The position numbers and the translations under genes were made by a program. From Candidatus Babelota bacterium (GTDB lineage: Bacteria > Babelota > Babeliae > Babelales > JAUPTZ01), in NCBI GenBank assembly GCA_030917815.1, contig JAUPTZ010000005.1, forward strand, positions 23,106 to 87,105: DNA of 64,000 nucleotides, written 5' to 3'. The notes under the pieces were generated by a model. That model saw nothing but the letters and a program-made list of their open reading frames with translations, did no database searches and was not told the origin of the DNA. Every line of letters starts with the position of its first letter. Position 1 is the first letter of the stretch. Of this stretch, positions 27,810-38,529 are shown piece by piece.

Positions 27810-28543
27810 CATAACGACAGTTTTGATCCCGCTGGCAACTGCATTGGCCACCAGCTGAGGCGCTATTGACCCCTCCGTATGCCCAACTACCAAGAAGGGC
27901 TCAGAAAATGGCCTAGAGGCCTGATCAAGAGAAGAAATATAGTAGGAAGAACATATCATAGTAAAAGCCTTTGTTTTTCATCTAACAATAAAATTACTGT
28001 ATCATCTTTGGGATAGGTCGTATAGGGGGATTGTATCAAAATTTACCCCTGTCGCCGTTCAACTATTATGTCATTTCATCAAAACAACGACCCAGTCGTT
28101 CTTTTATCGCTGCCCCAAAAAAATACACTTTAAAAAATCACTGCTCTCGCGGTAAAAAAAAGCCCCTCGCGATCTAATTACTCACAATTTTGTGCATAAC
28201 TATTAGAAGGAGGGAGATGCGGCCTTCCAGCCATCCTTTTTCTTTTGCCACCCCGAAGCTCAAAAAAATGAGCCTCGTGTCGAATGGTGTTTTAACTGTC
28301 TAAAAAACCGGTAGCTAGGACGAATATTACGGCTCTTTACCAAAACTATCGGACGGTTACTATTACGCAATGAGATAAATTGCCCACTATACCGAGAACA
28401 TAACTGCAGGGGTCTCTGGGCATAGTGGGCAACAGAGTTTTAACTTTCGTCACACAGCTCTTTTGCTTTTCACTATAAAACTCAGTAGAATCTGCTCCCT
28501 AAAGGCAGTTTTTTAATTGTTTTATCTTACGCAAGGAGTATCG

Positions 28544-29080
28544 ATGCAACATCAATCAAAACCTGATCAAGAGCAAACATATACAGTAACGATACGGCCA
28601 ATTAACGACGTTACACAAAGAAAGTCACTTCAAGAAGCCCTTGCACGCATTGATGAAATGAACAAGCAGCTTGAGTATTTTTACAGCACTATTTCGGTAG
28701 GATACAAAGAGGCCACCGAACTCTTATCAACATTACAAAAAGCTCGCCTCATCAAAGAAGAGCCACATAAAGAGCGAACCGATCAAAGTGTTATGACCTA
28801 CCTTGATCTGCTTCATGCCATAAAAATAGAAATCGAACGCGAAAGAGTCATTCTTGAATCGCTTCAATCGGCACAAGAAGAAAAAACCATAGAAATTTAT
28901 GAACCTGCACCAACAAATTTTGATGATTTCGTACGTCAAAAAATAAAAAACACAAAGGTGCAAACCAAGAAAATTGAAAGCTCACTGCGTGTTAGTTTTT
29001 CGCGCTACCAGCACTGGATCAATCAAACCATTACGCGACTTAATCATCTGCAAAAAATGTATGTTCCTGCAACGAGTTAG
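28544..29080 (+). CDS. hypothetical coiled-coil protein (178 aa)
   Basis: The ATG at 28544 is preceded by CAAGGAG. The protein is rich in Glu, Lys and Gln with a heptad-like pattern. I recognise no family. Confidence 0.5.
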   Translation: MQHQSKPDQEQTYTVTIRPINDVTQRKSLQEALARIDEMNKQLEYFYSTISVGYKEATELLSTLQKARLIKEEPHKERTDQSVMTYLDLLHAIKIEIERERVILESLQSAQEEKTIEIYEPAPTNFDDFVRQKIKNTKVQTKKIESSLRVSFSRYQHWINQTITRLNHLQKMYVPATS

Positions 29081-29083
29081 TAG

Positions 29084-30208
29084 TTAATCTTTTTTGTTGC
29101 CACTCTCTTGGGAAGTCGGCACGTGGTCGTTAATGTAGGCGATACGCTCGTCCAAAGATGACTGTATATCAAGAATGCCCGCCTTGTGTATCATCGCGGG
29201 CATTTCTATTTGCCGCTTACGATGAGTATGTAATTGATTTTTCAAGAAACAGGTAACGTAGGGATGTACCAATCCCTCAAGCTCTTCGATCTGACGAGAA
29301 ACATACTGATAATGATGCTTATAGTTGTAATCCATTCGCTGCCGTCGCAGCGCTTCATCAGTCTCAACACTTTTGAGCGCTTCAAGATATTCTTCTGAGG
29401 ACTCACCAAACGCTTTTAATGCAAACAAATCGGCCTCGTGCTGATATTTGCGACTAAGATGCGCATCAATTATTTCTGCCGTCAATGTGCATGCAGCAGC
29501 AAGAAGAACAGAGTTAAGGCCGGTGCTTGAAAATGCTTTAATAATACTTACCGCATGATCTTTCCAGTCGCCATTATCCATCGCCTCTTTCGCACAACTC
29601 AGTGCGCATATACCAACAATCCCCGCAACGGCTCCCCACCATATCTTTCGTGCAAGGTTCTTTTTTTCGCAATGTCGTCGCGCAATTTTAGCCAATTCAC
29701 GTGCTATAACCGCACGAACTTCACACTCACTGCGACGCTCAAGAAACGATTGACTAAATACCAACGCACTAAATCCCCCCCCCAGCGAAAGAGCTTCAAC
29801 CGTTTTTACCGTGCGATTCTTTTTACGTGCAACAAATATAAACGTTGTATCTATATTCATCTTCAGACACATGGCAGAGACTTCTGCGTAAGTGCGCGGT
29901 GCATATTTGCGCGCAACATAATGAATGGAGGACGGAATGCTGAGGCCGTGCAAAAGCCCTTCTATGCGCCTACACCACTCAACCGAAGAAGCAATTTGTT
30001 CGTGAGCCAGTGAAAGCGGAATGAAAAATTTTCGCAATTCAGAGGGAACCTGCACCTGTTCATACAAGAATTCTTCATTGCGTCCAACTTCGCAAAGCTC
30101 TGAAAACACCTGTTTTCCATCAATAGACATGCTTTGTGTCGAGCCCGCAAATGCAAAGCTCAACACAAAAACTAGTGGTAACAATCTACGAAGTAAAACC
30201 AAAATCAT
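29084..30208 (-). CDS. M48/HtpX-like paralog with a degenerate metal site (third family member)
   Basis: IARELAKIARRH sits at the position of IGHEIAHLKLGH, and the downstream KYQHEADLFA motif is kept. The likely start is [10 protein letters not shown] at 30208, overlapping the leuS stop (TAATG). Confidence 0.5.
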   Translation of the reverse strand: MILVLLRRLLPLVFVLSFAFAGSTQSMSIDGKQVFSELCEVGRNEEFLYEQVQVPSELRKFFIPLSLAHEQIASSVEWCRRIEGLLHGLSIPSSIHYVARKYAPRTYAEVSAMCLKMNIDTTFIFVARKKNRTVKTVEALSLGGGFSALVFSQSFLERRSECEVRAVIARELAKIARRHCEKKNLARKIWWGAVAGIVGICALSCAKEAMDNGDWKDHAVSIIKAFSSTGLNSVLLAAACTLTAEIIDAHLSRKYQHEADLFALKAFGESSEEYLEALKSVETDEALRRQRMDYNYKHHYQYVSRQIEELEGLVHPYVTCFLKNQLHTHRKRQIEMPAMIHKAGILDIQSSLDERIAYINDHVPTSQESGNKKD

Positions 30209-32649
30209 TATTCCTTTATTACAAAACTTACCAGCTTTCCTGGCACCACCACAGTCTTTAGCACCTCGCCACCAAGCCACCTCACGGCCGCTTCGCGCGC
30301 TCGCTCAACAAGCTCTTCACGAGAAATATTTCGATCAACGGTAAGCTGCGCACGCAATTTTCCATTAACCTGTACAACTACAACCACCGTCTCATCTGAC
30401 AAACAACTTTCATCAATCACTGGCCACACACATTCTTCGAGTGATTTGTTGAAAAGCAGCTCAAGTAACTCTGAAGCCACGTGCGGAGCCATAACTGACA
30501 ACACCGAAAGTAATTGAAAGAGCAACGTATCATCAAGCTGAAGCTTATTCTTTGTTAAGACGTTTAAGTATTCCATCACCGAAGCAACTGCGGTATTAAC
30601 TTTATAGTTTTCTATCCGCTGTGTATATGCGGCCAAAAAGCGATGGAATGCTTTATATGACTCTGGCGACGCCTTAGCGCAACGATTTTCAGCATTGGTT
30701 AAAAAATGCCACAATCGCCCAATAAAGCCATTAACTCCTTTGATCGACTCCATCTGCCATTCGGTATCAAGCTCTGGTGGCCCCATAAACAGCATGTACA
30801 TACGAAGTGTATCTGCGCCAAATTCTTGCACAATCTCATCAGGATTAACAACATTTCCCTTTGATTTTGACATCTTTTCAACACGCCCGGTCTTTGGCGA
30901 ACGCATACAAACCATGCCCTGATTAAAGAGATGTTTAAATGGCTCAGAGAAAGGGAGATAACCAAGATCATAAAGAACATGGATAAAAAATCGAGAGTAC
31001 AGAAGATGCAGTATTGCATGCTCTACGCCACCAACATACAAATCAACCGGAAGCCATTTGTTCATATCTTCTTTGCTAAACGCAGCAGTAGTCAACTGCG
31101 GATTAGGATAACGAAGAAAATACCAACAAGAACCGGCCCACTGAGGCATAGTATTTGTCTCTCGGCGGCCAGGGCCTTTACATTGAGGGCAGGAAGTATT
31201 CACCCAAGAATCAATCGCTGCCAGCGGTGACTCACCGGTGCCGGTTGGCTCATAGTTTTCTACATCTGGAAGAATTACCGGAAGATCGGCTTCAGGCACT
31301 GGCACGACACCACACGCATTACAATGCACCAAAGGAATCGGCTCACCCCAGTAACGCTGCCGAGAAAAAATCCAATCCCGAAGTCGGAAGCTTATTTTAG
31401 GCGTGGCCAAACCGTTTTCTTCGCAGTACTGAACGATTTCCTTGCGACATTGGCCAGAAACGCGCCCCGCAAATTGAGCCGGCGCTTGCAGAATACCTTC
31501 TTTCATATCGGTATAGCAGTATTCAAGGCGAGCAACTTTTGCAGCCTCAATCGGGTCTTTTGGAAACAGTACCGCATGGAGTGGGATGCCATACTTCTTT
31601 GCAAAAGCAAAATCTCGATCATCATGAGCCGAACACTTCACAATCCCGGTTCCATAATCACGAAGCACAAAGCTTGCTACCCAAATGGGTAAATCATTGC
31701 CACTCACTGGATCAACAATATAACGGCCAGTAAAAATACCTTCCGATTCTTTCTCTTCTCCATGCCCGCGGGCCTCTCGCCGCATAACTATTTGCTCACA
31801 GAAAGCCAGAATTTCATCACGATTAGCAACACCCTCAAGAAGAGTAGGAAGCAGGGTATGATCGGGCGCAATGGTTACAAAGGTATCGGCAGCAAACGAT
31901 TCAAAGTGTGCGCTAAAGGTTTGAATCGTTAATGAACTACCCTTTACCGGAGCGGTAAACAGTAATCCCTCACTACGGCCAATCCAATTTCGCTGCATCA
32001 TCTTAACTTTTTCCGGCCATTCAAGAGTATCAAGGCCTTGCAAGAGCTTGTCGGCGTACTGCGTAATTCTCAATACCCACTGGCGAATGTTTTTTTGCTC
32101 AACGGCAGACCCACAGCGCTCACAACTTCCATCAACAACCTCTTCATTGGCAAGCCCTGTTAGACAACTTGGGCACCAGTTAATAGGCATTACGTCTTCA
32201 TACGCAAGTCCAGCCTTGTACATTTGCAAGAATATCCACTGAGTCCACTTATAATAAGCAGGGTCAACGGTACTCAACTCTTTGGTCCAATCGTACACCG
32301 CCCCAATAGTAGCCAACTGACGCTTAAAGGTCGCAATATTACTTGCCGTACCCACCGAAGGATGAATTTTCTTCTTAATGGCATCATTTTCAGCCGGCAA
32401 TCCAAAAGCATCCCACCCCATTGGATGGAGCACATTATACCCCTCAAGAATCTTCTTGCGGGCGTATACATCTGAGAAGACATATCCCTTCCAATGGCCT
32501 ACATGCAGACCAGAACCTGATGGGTAGGGAAACATATCCAGGCAATAAAACGTTTTTTCCTCGTCAACCCTCTGTGAACGCAAATAGGGAGACTTTTCCC
32601 AGTAAGCACGCCACTTTTTCTCTATAAGATCGTGATTATATGCTGCCAT
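30208..32649 (-). CDS. leuS: leucyl-tRNA synthetase
   Basis: HIGH-type motif HVGHWKGY and KMSKS motif (KMSKSKGN). The start [18 protein letters not shown] is at 32649, and the track ORF is extended upstream. Confidence 0.95.
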   Translation of the reverse strand: MAAYNHDLIEKKWRAYWEKSPYLRSQRVDEEKTFYCLDMFPYPSGSGLHVGHWKGYVFSDVYARKKILEGYNVLHPMGWDAFGLPAENDAIKKKIHPSVGTASNIATFKRQLATIGAVYDWTKELSTVDPAYYKWTQWIFLQMYKAGLAYEDVMPINWCPSCLTGLANEEVVDGSCERCGSAVEQKNIRQWVLRITQYADKLLQGLDTLEWPEKVKMMQRNWIGRSEGLLFTAPVKGSSLTIQTFSAHFESFAADTFVTIAPDHTLLPTLLEGVANRDEILAFCEQIVMRREARGHGEEKESEGIFTGRYIVDPVSGNDLPIWVASFVLRDYGTGIVKCSAHDDRDFAFAKKYGIPLHAVLFPKDPIEAAKVARLEYCYTDMKEGILQAPAQFAGRVSGQCRKEIVQYCEENGLATPKISFRLRDWIFSRQRYWGEPIPLVHCNACGVVPVPEADLPVILPDVENYEPTGTGESPLAAIDSWVNTSCPQCKGPGRRETNTMPQWAGSCWYFLRYPNPQLTTAAFSKEDMNKWLPVDLYVGGVEHAILHLLYSRFFIHVLYDLGYLPFSEPFKHLFNQGMVCMRSPKTGRVEKMSKSKGNVVNPDEIVQEFGADTLRMYMLFMGPPELDTEWQMESIKGVNGFIGRLWHFLTNAENRCAKASPESYKAFHRFLAAYTQRIENYKVNTAVASVMEYLNVLTKNKLQLDDTLLFQLLSVLSVMAPHVASELLELLFNKSLEECVWPVIDESCLSDETVVVVVQVNGKLRAQLTVDRNISREELVERAREAAVRWLGGEVLKTVVVPGKLVSFVIKE

Positions 32650-32899
32650 CGCGATGATCCTCGCTAGTAAAAGCCATGAAAACAGTAAAAATGAGCGGCC
32701 ATTATAGCAAAAACAAAATAAAAGTCCTCGCCTTGGGTGCGAAAACACATCTTTCGATCTGCTGCGGCAATAGAATCGTTTTTCTCGGTACCATTCATTT
32801 TCTACCTGAAAATTAATTAAGCTAGGTATATCAACGAAGCTTTTAAAAAATATCTTTGTGGCCGCTTTTTTAACGCGCGAGCCCATATAACGAGGCCAT

Positions 32900-34372
32900 A
32901 TGAACTATACGATAAAAACTATCATGATTTTATCCTGGCTGGCTATTTTATGTGGGACCATTTATGCCATAACCGACATAGCCCCGAACTCAGATGATAT
33001 CAGTCGCTTAATCGACAACCAAAACCGCTTTTCCCTCCTGCGCCCCCCTAAAAAGCCGACCACCCCCCTCCCATTCAATCAGCCCAAACTACCCCGAGCA
33101 GAAGCTGAATGGACCATTGTTATCCTGATACAGGCTAGCAACAACCTTGAAAGCTTTGCACACAAAAACATGAAGGAAATGATGAAGTGGGGCTCTTCAA
33201 ATCAAGTAAATATTCTTGTAGACCTCCATAAAGCCGGCGACAAATCCTGGAAATATCGCATTGAACCAGGATGCTGCGTAGTAGAAGAAGTATCGGCACG
33301 ATCGACACAGTCAACCATAGCAGAAGAAGTAATACACACAGCCCAATGGGCAATAAATACGTATCCAGCTAAAAAATATGCCTTTATCTTCTGGAACCAT
33401 GGCGCCGGCATCCTTGACCCAATGCCAGAGAAAAATAAACCTACCTACCTGAGCGCCCTTGGGGACAACTGGCGAACCGGTTACCTTATGGGCACCCCAG
33501 AAGACATTGCGCAACAAACCACTCGCGCCACACAGAACCTAATTCCGTCAGACAAGAGTATTTTGTTTGATGATGAACGCCATACCTATCTTTCAAACCC
33601 TGACCTTCGCACCACACTTCAAATCATTTCTACCAAGCTTCTTGGCGGTAAAAAAATAGATCTCATTGGTATGGACGCCTGCCTCATGGGCATGATTGAA
33701 ATTGCCGACCAAATAAAAGAGTTCGCCAACTACTTTGTCGCTTCACAGGAATTCGAATTCGCCCAAGGATGGGCGTACGGAGATATCATTGAAAAACTCT
33801 CGGCGCACCCAACCGCAATTGGCGGCAAAGAGCTGGGTAAAATCATCGTCGACACATTTGAACAATACTACATAAGCAGAACCAGTTACTTCACACAATC
33901 CTGCATTGATTTAAGTAAAATACCGGCGCTAAAAGACAACGTCGACAATCTCGCAATTGCACTATTGTGTGGCAAGAAACAGGACAGTACCCGCATGAAA
34001 CTATTCATACAACAAGCACGTTGCCAATCGTTATCATTCAGCCTGTCTGACTACATTGACCTACACTCGTTTTACCAGGAACTTCTCAAAATAACCCAAT
34101 ACGCACTAGACAACCCGAGCAACCGAAGCATTCCAATGCCACGCATCGAAAATGATTTACTTAAAAACATTAAGGTTCTACTAACTGAAGGCATTGCGCT
34201 CCTAAAGGACGCCGTCACCGGAAACACCGCCGGTCGCTATCTTTCAAAGGCAAGCGGACTATCAATTTATTTTCCACAAAAATCGGTTGATCTCTCCTAT
34301 GCTGCAACCGAGTTTGCGCAGACCACGTCGTGGCCAGCACTCATAACCGATCAGATAGAAAGCCGCTATTAG
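32900..34372 (+). CDS. exported C11 (clostripain-family) cysteine peptidase, paralog 1
   Basis: Catalytic His motif FIFWNHGAG and Cys motif [10 protein letters not shown]-terminal signal/anchor. Confidence 0.7.
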   Translation: MNYTIKTIMILSWLAILCGTIYAITDIAPNSDDISRLIDNQNRFSLLRPPKKPTTPLPFNQPKLPRAEAEWTIVILIQASNNLESFAHKNMKEMMKWGSSNQVNILVDLHKAGDKSWKYRIEPGCCVVEEVSARSTQSTIAEEVIHTAQWAINTYPAKKYAFIFWNHGAGILDPMPEKNKPTYLSALGDNWRTGYLMGTPEDIAQQTTRATQNLIPSDKSILFDDERHTYLSNPDLRTTLQIISTKLLGGKKIDLIGMDACLMGMIEIADQIKEFANYFVASQEFEFAQGWAYGDIIEKLSAHPTAIGGKELGKIIVDTFEQYYISRTSYFTQSCIDLSKIPALKDNVDNLAIALLCGKKQDSTRMKLFIQQARCQSLSFSLSDYIDLHSFYQELLKITQYALDNPSNRSIPMPRIENDLLKNIKVLLTEGIALLKDAVTGNTAGRYLSKASGLSIYFPQKSVDLSYAATEFAQTTSWPALITDQIESRY

Positions 34373-35736
34373 AATCTCCAAGAAAGTCCGGCCGAAATCT
34401 GATGCATTCTCGCTGCGCGTGTAGCACCAATACAGTAATTCAGTCCCAAGTTCAGCGTAGGCACATGCTTCAATTTAGGGAACAAATCAACCAACTCATA
34501 CTGCGCCCCAAGCATAATATACGAACGTTTCCAAGCCGAGTATTCTCTCTTTTGTCCACGATTCATGTTCGTTAGGTTAATTTGCGACCGAGTATCAAGA
34601 GTGCTGCCGGCCGAATCATCTGGCAGACTTGTACGAGTTAAAAAGCTCGGCGTTGAAGGGGCTAAACGCAGATCATAGAACCTATCGGCATAATGCTTGG
34701 TAAGTGAGAAACCTAAAAAGAGATGAACGTTATCAATAAAATGCTGCATGGTCAGCGATGGCTCCCAAGAAAGTGTAAGCCCAGGCACCGTTTTAACTTT
34801 GCCTTTGATAACCCCAAAGGCCATCGGTTCAGCATACGCAGGCAAGCGCTGTTCGCGCGTCGCCACCGACTGAGCAACCAAAGTAAGAGGTGATTGGAAC
34901 CAAATCGATTCCTTAACCTCAAAGCGAGATATCAATGACAACGCAAACCCCCACGATCCTGGATTACCCAGCGCAAATGAGGCTGGATAGGCAACATCTT
35001 CTGCTTTTGCCGTCGGGCCACTAATACTAAGGCGACCGCCCACCTGAATGGTACGTAACAGCCAAACATAGCCCCATGTTTTTACATATTCGGCCCACCC
35101 AGTAAGATCTCCAACACTATTAAGAACCCAATCTTTTTGGACCATGCCTAAATCTTTATGAAGCGCTTGGCGAAAACGATGTGTTTGCTCAACCTGAGGA
35201 GCAGAAACCGCTTGATCGGAAGACATCACCGGAAATTGGTAACGCTGCCGAGCCTCAACGTGAATCAATGGCAAGGTAAGACCACAGCGAAGCTCAGAAG
35301 AAACCGGAATCTCAGCGACAAGATCAAGGCCATAGAGTGCAACGCTGCTTTGTGCACCAAACAACAACTGTCGAGCCGACAAGGTATCGCCACCGGTCTC
35401 GCGATAAAAAGGAGAGGTAAGTCCCGGAATTGCTTCTTTAGCCGACGCAGTCATTTCATGAAAGTCGTACAATCCGCCCATCTCCATAAGACCATCAAAC
35501 TTGTACATTTCACGTGGCTCATCAATAAAGTTTGAGGAGTGAGAAGCATGAAGAGCGCGGCTCGCTATCGAAACTGTTGGGCGCATTTGTGGCATCTGAA
35601 CAGCTTGAGCAGCATCCGAAGCAAAAGAAGGAACATGGCGGCTAATTAAAGGCCCTGTTGGCGATACAGAAAGAGGCAACAACACCAAGAGAAGGGTTAA
35701 GCGGATATTCATAGAAATCCTCATAGTAGGGGGCAT
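34369..35736 (-). CDS. putative outer-membrane beta-barrel protein
   Basis: Signal peptide, alternating-pattern sequence, and the C-terminal ...GLSWRF (terminal Phe) typical of BAM substrates. Confidence 0.6.
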   Translation of the reverse strand: MPPTMRISMNIRLTLLLVLLPLSVSPTGPLISRHVPSFASDAAQAVQMPQMRPTVSIASRALHASHSSNFIDEPREMYKFDGLMEMGGLYDFHEMTASAKEAIPGLTSPFYRETGGDTLSARQLLFGAQSSVALYGLDLVAEIPVSSELRCGLTLPLIHVEARQRYQFPVMSSDQAVSAPQVEQTHRFRQALHKDLGMVQKDWVLNSVGDLTGWAEYVKTWGYVWLLRTIQVGGRLSISGPTAKAEDVAYPASFALGNPGSWGFALSLISRFEVKESIWFQSPLTLVAQSVATREQRLPAYAEPMAFGVIKGKVKTVPGLTLSWEPSLTMQHFIDNVHLFLGFSLTKHYADRFYDLRLAPSTPSFLTRTSLPDDSAGSTLDTRSQINLTNMNRGQKREYSAWKRSYIMLGAQYELVDLFPKLKHVPTLNLGLNYCIGATRAARMHQISAGLSWRF

Positions 35737-35883
35737 TCATTACTAATCAAAAACGGCTATAACATAGCTGATACACAAAAAAGAACAAGGAATTTGTCCC
35801 CAATGTTTGAATATACTTAAAAAGTTAGTAGACTGCTTTTTCCAATTTTATGTCTTTACCCTTATATTAAAACGAGGTTTCCC

Positions 35884-36195
35884 ATGATCATTTCACTACT
35901 TGTTGGGCTCTTTATTTTCTGCTGCCTCCTTCTTGGCATTCTCGTCATGATCCAGCAAGGCAAGGGTGATATGGGTCTTGGTGCACTTCACAGCGGCACT
36001 CAAACGCTATTCGGTGGCTCTGGCGGACAAACCTTTTTCCAAAAACTTACCTGGGTCTTTGGCGCTATTTTCCTCACCGGCTCCCTTGGTTTAACCGTAC
36101 TAAAAATGCAACAACTTGACTCGACACGTATTGTTGTGTCACAACAAGCAGCATCAAATCCGGTAGCCCCTGCAGCAGAGGCAGACGCTGAATAA
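35884..36195 (+). CDS. secG: preprotein translocase subunit SecG
   Basis: 103 aa. LGILVMIQQGKGDMG...LFGGSGGQTFF matches the SecG pattern (MLQQGKGADMG...LFGSSGSGNF). Confidence 0.85.
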   Translation: MIISLLVGLFIFCCLLLGILVMIQQGKGDMGLGALHSGTQTLFGGSGGQTFFQKLTWVFGAIFLTGSLGLTVLKMQQLDSTRIVVSQQAASNPVAPAAEADAE

Positions 36196-36220
36196 ACTAT
36201 TCTTTTAAAGAGAGCCATCC

Positions 36221-37000
36221 ATGGTAATAAACTCGATTAACGCCTTGGGACTGTATACCCAAAAAGTAGTTTATCGCTGTGGAGTATTTACACTCTTTCT
36301 ACACGAATCGGTTCGCTCATTCCTCGAACACGGGGTCAATACCGGCAAACTCCTTGTTCAAATAAATTACATCGGCGTCAATTCACTTGTCGTGATTATG
36401 ACAACCGGCCTATCGGTCGGTGCAGTACTTGCCATGCAAACCCATATTGGCCTTAGTCGCTTTGGTGCATTTCAATTTATTGGACCGGTCGTATTTTTGG
36501 GCATGGTTCGAGAATTTGGACCGATCCTCAGCTCAATCATGGTCGCTGGACGAGCAGGGTCGGCTATGACGGCCGAAATCGGCACCATGCAGATCACCGA
36601 ACAGATTGATGCACTTCGTACGCTAGGCCTCAACGTGAAGCAGTATTTGATTGTGCCACGCATTGTCGCCTCAACCATCAGCATGCCTCTTATTTCTCTG
36701 TTTTGCTCACTCTGTGGAATTCTTGGTGGCTACATTGTGGCGGTTGGTGTCCTGAAAGTTAATCACGAAATTTACATCTCTTCTATTCAGGAAAACGTAG
36801 TAGTAAACGATATTCTTCACGGCTTGGTAAAATCTATAGTGTTTGGGTTCCTGGTTGGTAGCATAGCTACCTTTAAAGGGTATCAAACCCGCGGTGGGGC
36901 ACGTGAAGTAGGTAACTCCACAACCCAAAGCGTAGTAAGCGCCAGTCTCGCAACACTCATCGCCGACTATATCCTTGTTTCGATTGCAAAAGCCCTATGA
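36221..37000 (+). CDS. mlaE: MlaE-type ABC transporter permease
   Basis: REFGPILSSIMVAGRAGSAMTAEIGTMQITEQIDALRTLG is the conserved MlaE/YrbE block. Confidence 0.85.
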   Translation: MVINSINALGLYTQKVVYRCGVFTLFLHESVRSFLEHGVNTGKLLVQINYIGVNSLVVIMTTGLSVGAVLAMQTHIGLSRFGAFQFIGPVVFLGMVREFGPILSSIMVAGRAGSAMTAEIGTMQITEQIDALRTLGLNVKQYLIVPRIVASTISMPLISLFCSLCGILGGYIVAVGVLKVNHEIYISSIQENVVVNDILHGLVKSIVFGFLVGSIATFKGYQTRGGAREVGNSTTQSVVSASLATLIADYILVSIAKAL

Positions 37001-37773
37001 AGCAAAATTACATTGTAAAGCTCATCAATCTTTTTAAAGCATTTGGCCCCAAAGTCATTAGCAAGGACCTGAATCTTTCTATTATTGAGGGAGAGTTTTT
37101 GGCTATCATTGGCCGATCGGGCGAAGGAAAATCGGTACTTCTTAAACAAATGATCGGACTCATCACACCGGACAGTGGCACCGTAATCGTTGACGGTGTT
37201 GATCTTACCGCCCTCAAAGATGTACGGGAACACGATAAGGTGTTCCAGTCATGCGGCTATGTGTTTCAGTTCGCTGCGCTCCTCGATTCATTAACCGTTG
37301 CAGAAAATGTTGGCATAACACTGTTTGAAGAAGGAAAAAGCCTCAAGGAAGTATTACCACTCGTAAGAGACAAGCTCGTAGCCGTAGGCCTTGACCCGGC
37401 CATAGCCAACCGATATCCCTCTGAGCTTTCTGGTGGTATGAAGAAACGAGTAGGATTAGCCCGCACCTTAATGCGCAGCCCCAAAATTCTTATCTACGAT
37501 GAACCAACAACCGGACTCGATCCGATATCGGTGCGCATGATTCACGAATTAATGCGTACTACTCACGACGCAAACAAAACAACAACAGTTGTTATCTCCC
37601 ATGATCCGGACGTATTTAACTACGCCGATCGAGTAGCCATGCTGCATGAGGGACGCATCTTGTATATTGGCGATGCCAAGACAATCTGGCAAGAAACCAA
37701 TCCATACATTTACCAGTTCATCCGTGGCCTCTCTGAAGGACCCATTACCATGGCTTCTGAGAAGGTTAAGTAG
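36997..37773 (+). CDS. mlaF: MlaF-type ABC transporter ATP-binding protein
   Basis: Walker A GRSGEGKS, signature LSGGMKKRVGLAR, Walker B ILIYDEPT. The start overlaps mlaE by 4 nt. Confidence 0.85.
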   Translation: MKQNYIVKLINLFKAFGPKVISKDLNLSIIEGEFLAIIGRSGEGKSVLLKQMIGLITPDSGTVIVDGVDLTALKDVREHDKVFQSCGYVFQFAALLDSLTVAENVGITLFEEGKSLKEVLPLVRDKLVAVGLDPAIANRYPSELSGGMKKRVGLARTLMRSPKILIYDEPTTGLDPISVRMIHELMRTTHDANKTTTVVISHDPDVFNYADRVAMLHEGRILYIGDAKTIWQETNPYIYQFIRGLSEGPITMASEKVK

Positions 37774-37872
37774 CAAAAACCATTGATTTAACAGGCTTTT
37801 TTCCTTTACTTTAGTCAAGGGGGTGTTACTCTTATCCGAGTAACAGTAACCAAGAATTGTAGGGGGAGATGG

Positions 37873-38511
37873 ATGAATAGAGCGGCCTTTTTTTTACTGA
37901 GCCTTACCGTGATCGCATATACCAGTACCGCATGGCCTAAAAACGGCAGTCAAAAAATGGAAGCCTTATTAGAGCTCTTAGAGCCGGCAATGGAGGACCT
38001 GGAACTTGAATTAGATAGCCCGGAAATAAGCGTCAAAAAACAGATCCTAATGGCGCGAAATCTCCGGCAGCTCCCTAAAGAGGCACTCTCACTCCCAGAA
38101 CGATTTACCATGATCCTCGAGCAGCTCGCTCCCTATCCAGCGATACGATATGCCTTTATTCAAACCCATGAAGAGCTTGGCACGCTGCCACTGCGCAGAG
38201 AATATAAAAAGGAAATAGACGCGTTTGAAGACATCCTTATCTCTGAAGACGTGCCAGCACCCCTTGCTCGTGAAATCATAAGCTTCAACGCCATAGCACT
38301 TACACTCACTTCTCGCCTTACCTCAACCGAGATCATTGCTCTGTGTGGTGCTATTTCGGTCGGATGCATTGCGCTCACAGTCGCCACGTACAAACTTGGC
38401 AATATGGTAGCAGAAGAAGAGGAAGAAAGAGTGCGTCAACACATACAAACACATCAGGCGGGGGTCGCTGCCGGCAGACGCCAGGTACTAGCCGAGCTTA
38501 GCTGCCCATAG
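37873..38511 (+). CDS. secreted/membrane hypothetical protein (212 aa)
   Basis: Signal peptide and a C-terminal hydrophobic helix. I recognise no family. Confidence 0.45.
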   Translation: MNRAAFFLLSLTVIAYTSTAWPKNGSQKMEALLELLEPAMEDLELELDSPEISVKKQILMARNLRQLPKEALSLPERFTMILEQLAPYPAIRYAFIQTHEELGTLPLRREYKKEIDAFEDILISEDVPAPLAREIISFNAIALTLTSRLTSTEIIALCGAISVGCIALTVATYKLGNMVAEEEEERVRQHIQTHQAGVAAGRRQVLAELSCP

Positions 38512-38529
38512 GGGCAAGTTCGAAGAAAG

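Noticed and set aside
27669-27959. 96-aa minus-strand ORF with a GHTEG (lipase-elbow-like) motif
   Set aside because: It has no SD and overlaps the end of the DUF1761-like gene. It also contains a strong plus-strand intrinsic terminator (27776-27809) inside its frame. At best it is a gene remnant.
28217-28303. 28-codon ORF preceded by AAGGAGG
   Set aside because: The SD-to-ATG spacing is only ~3 nt. The peptide (MRPSSHPFSFATPKLKKMSLVSNGVLTV) has no recognisable features, and I cannot assess conservation.
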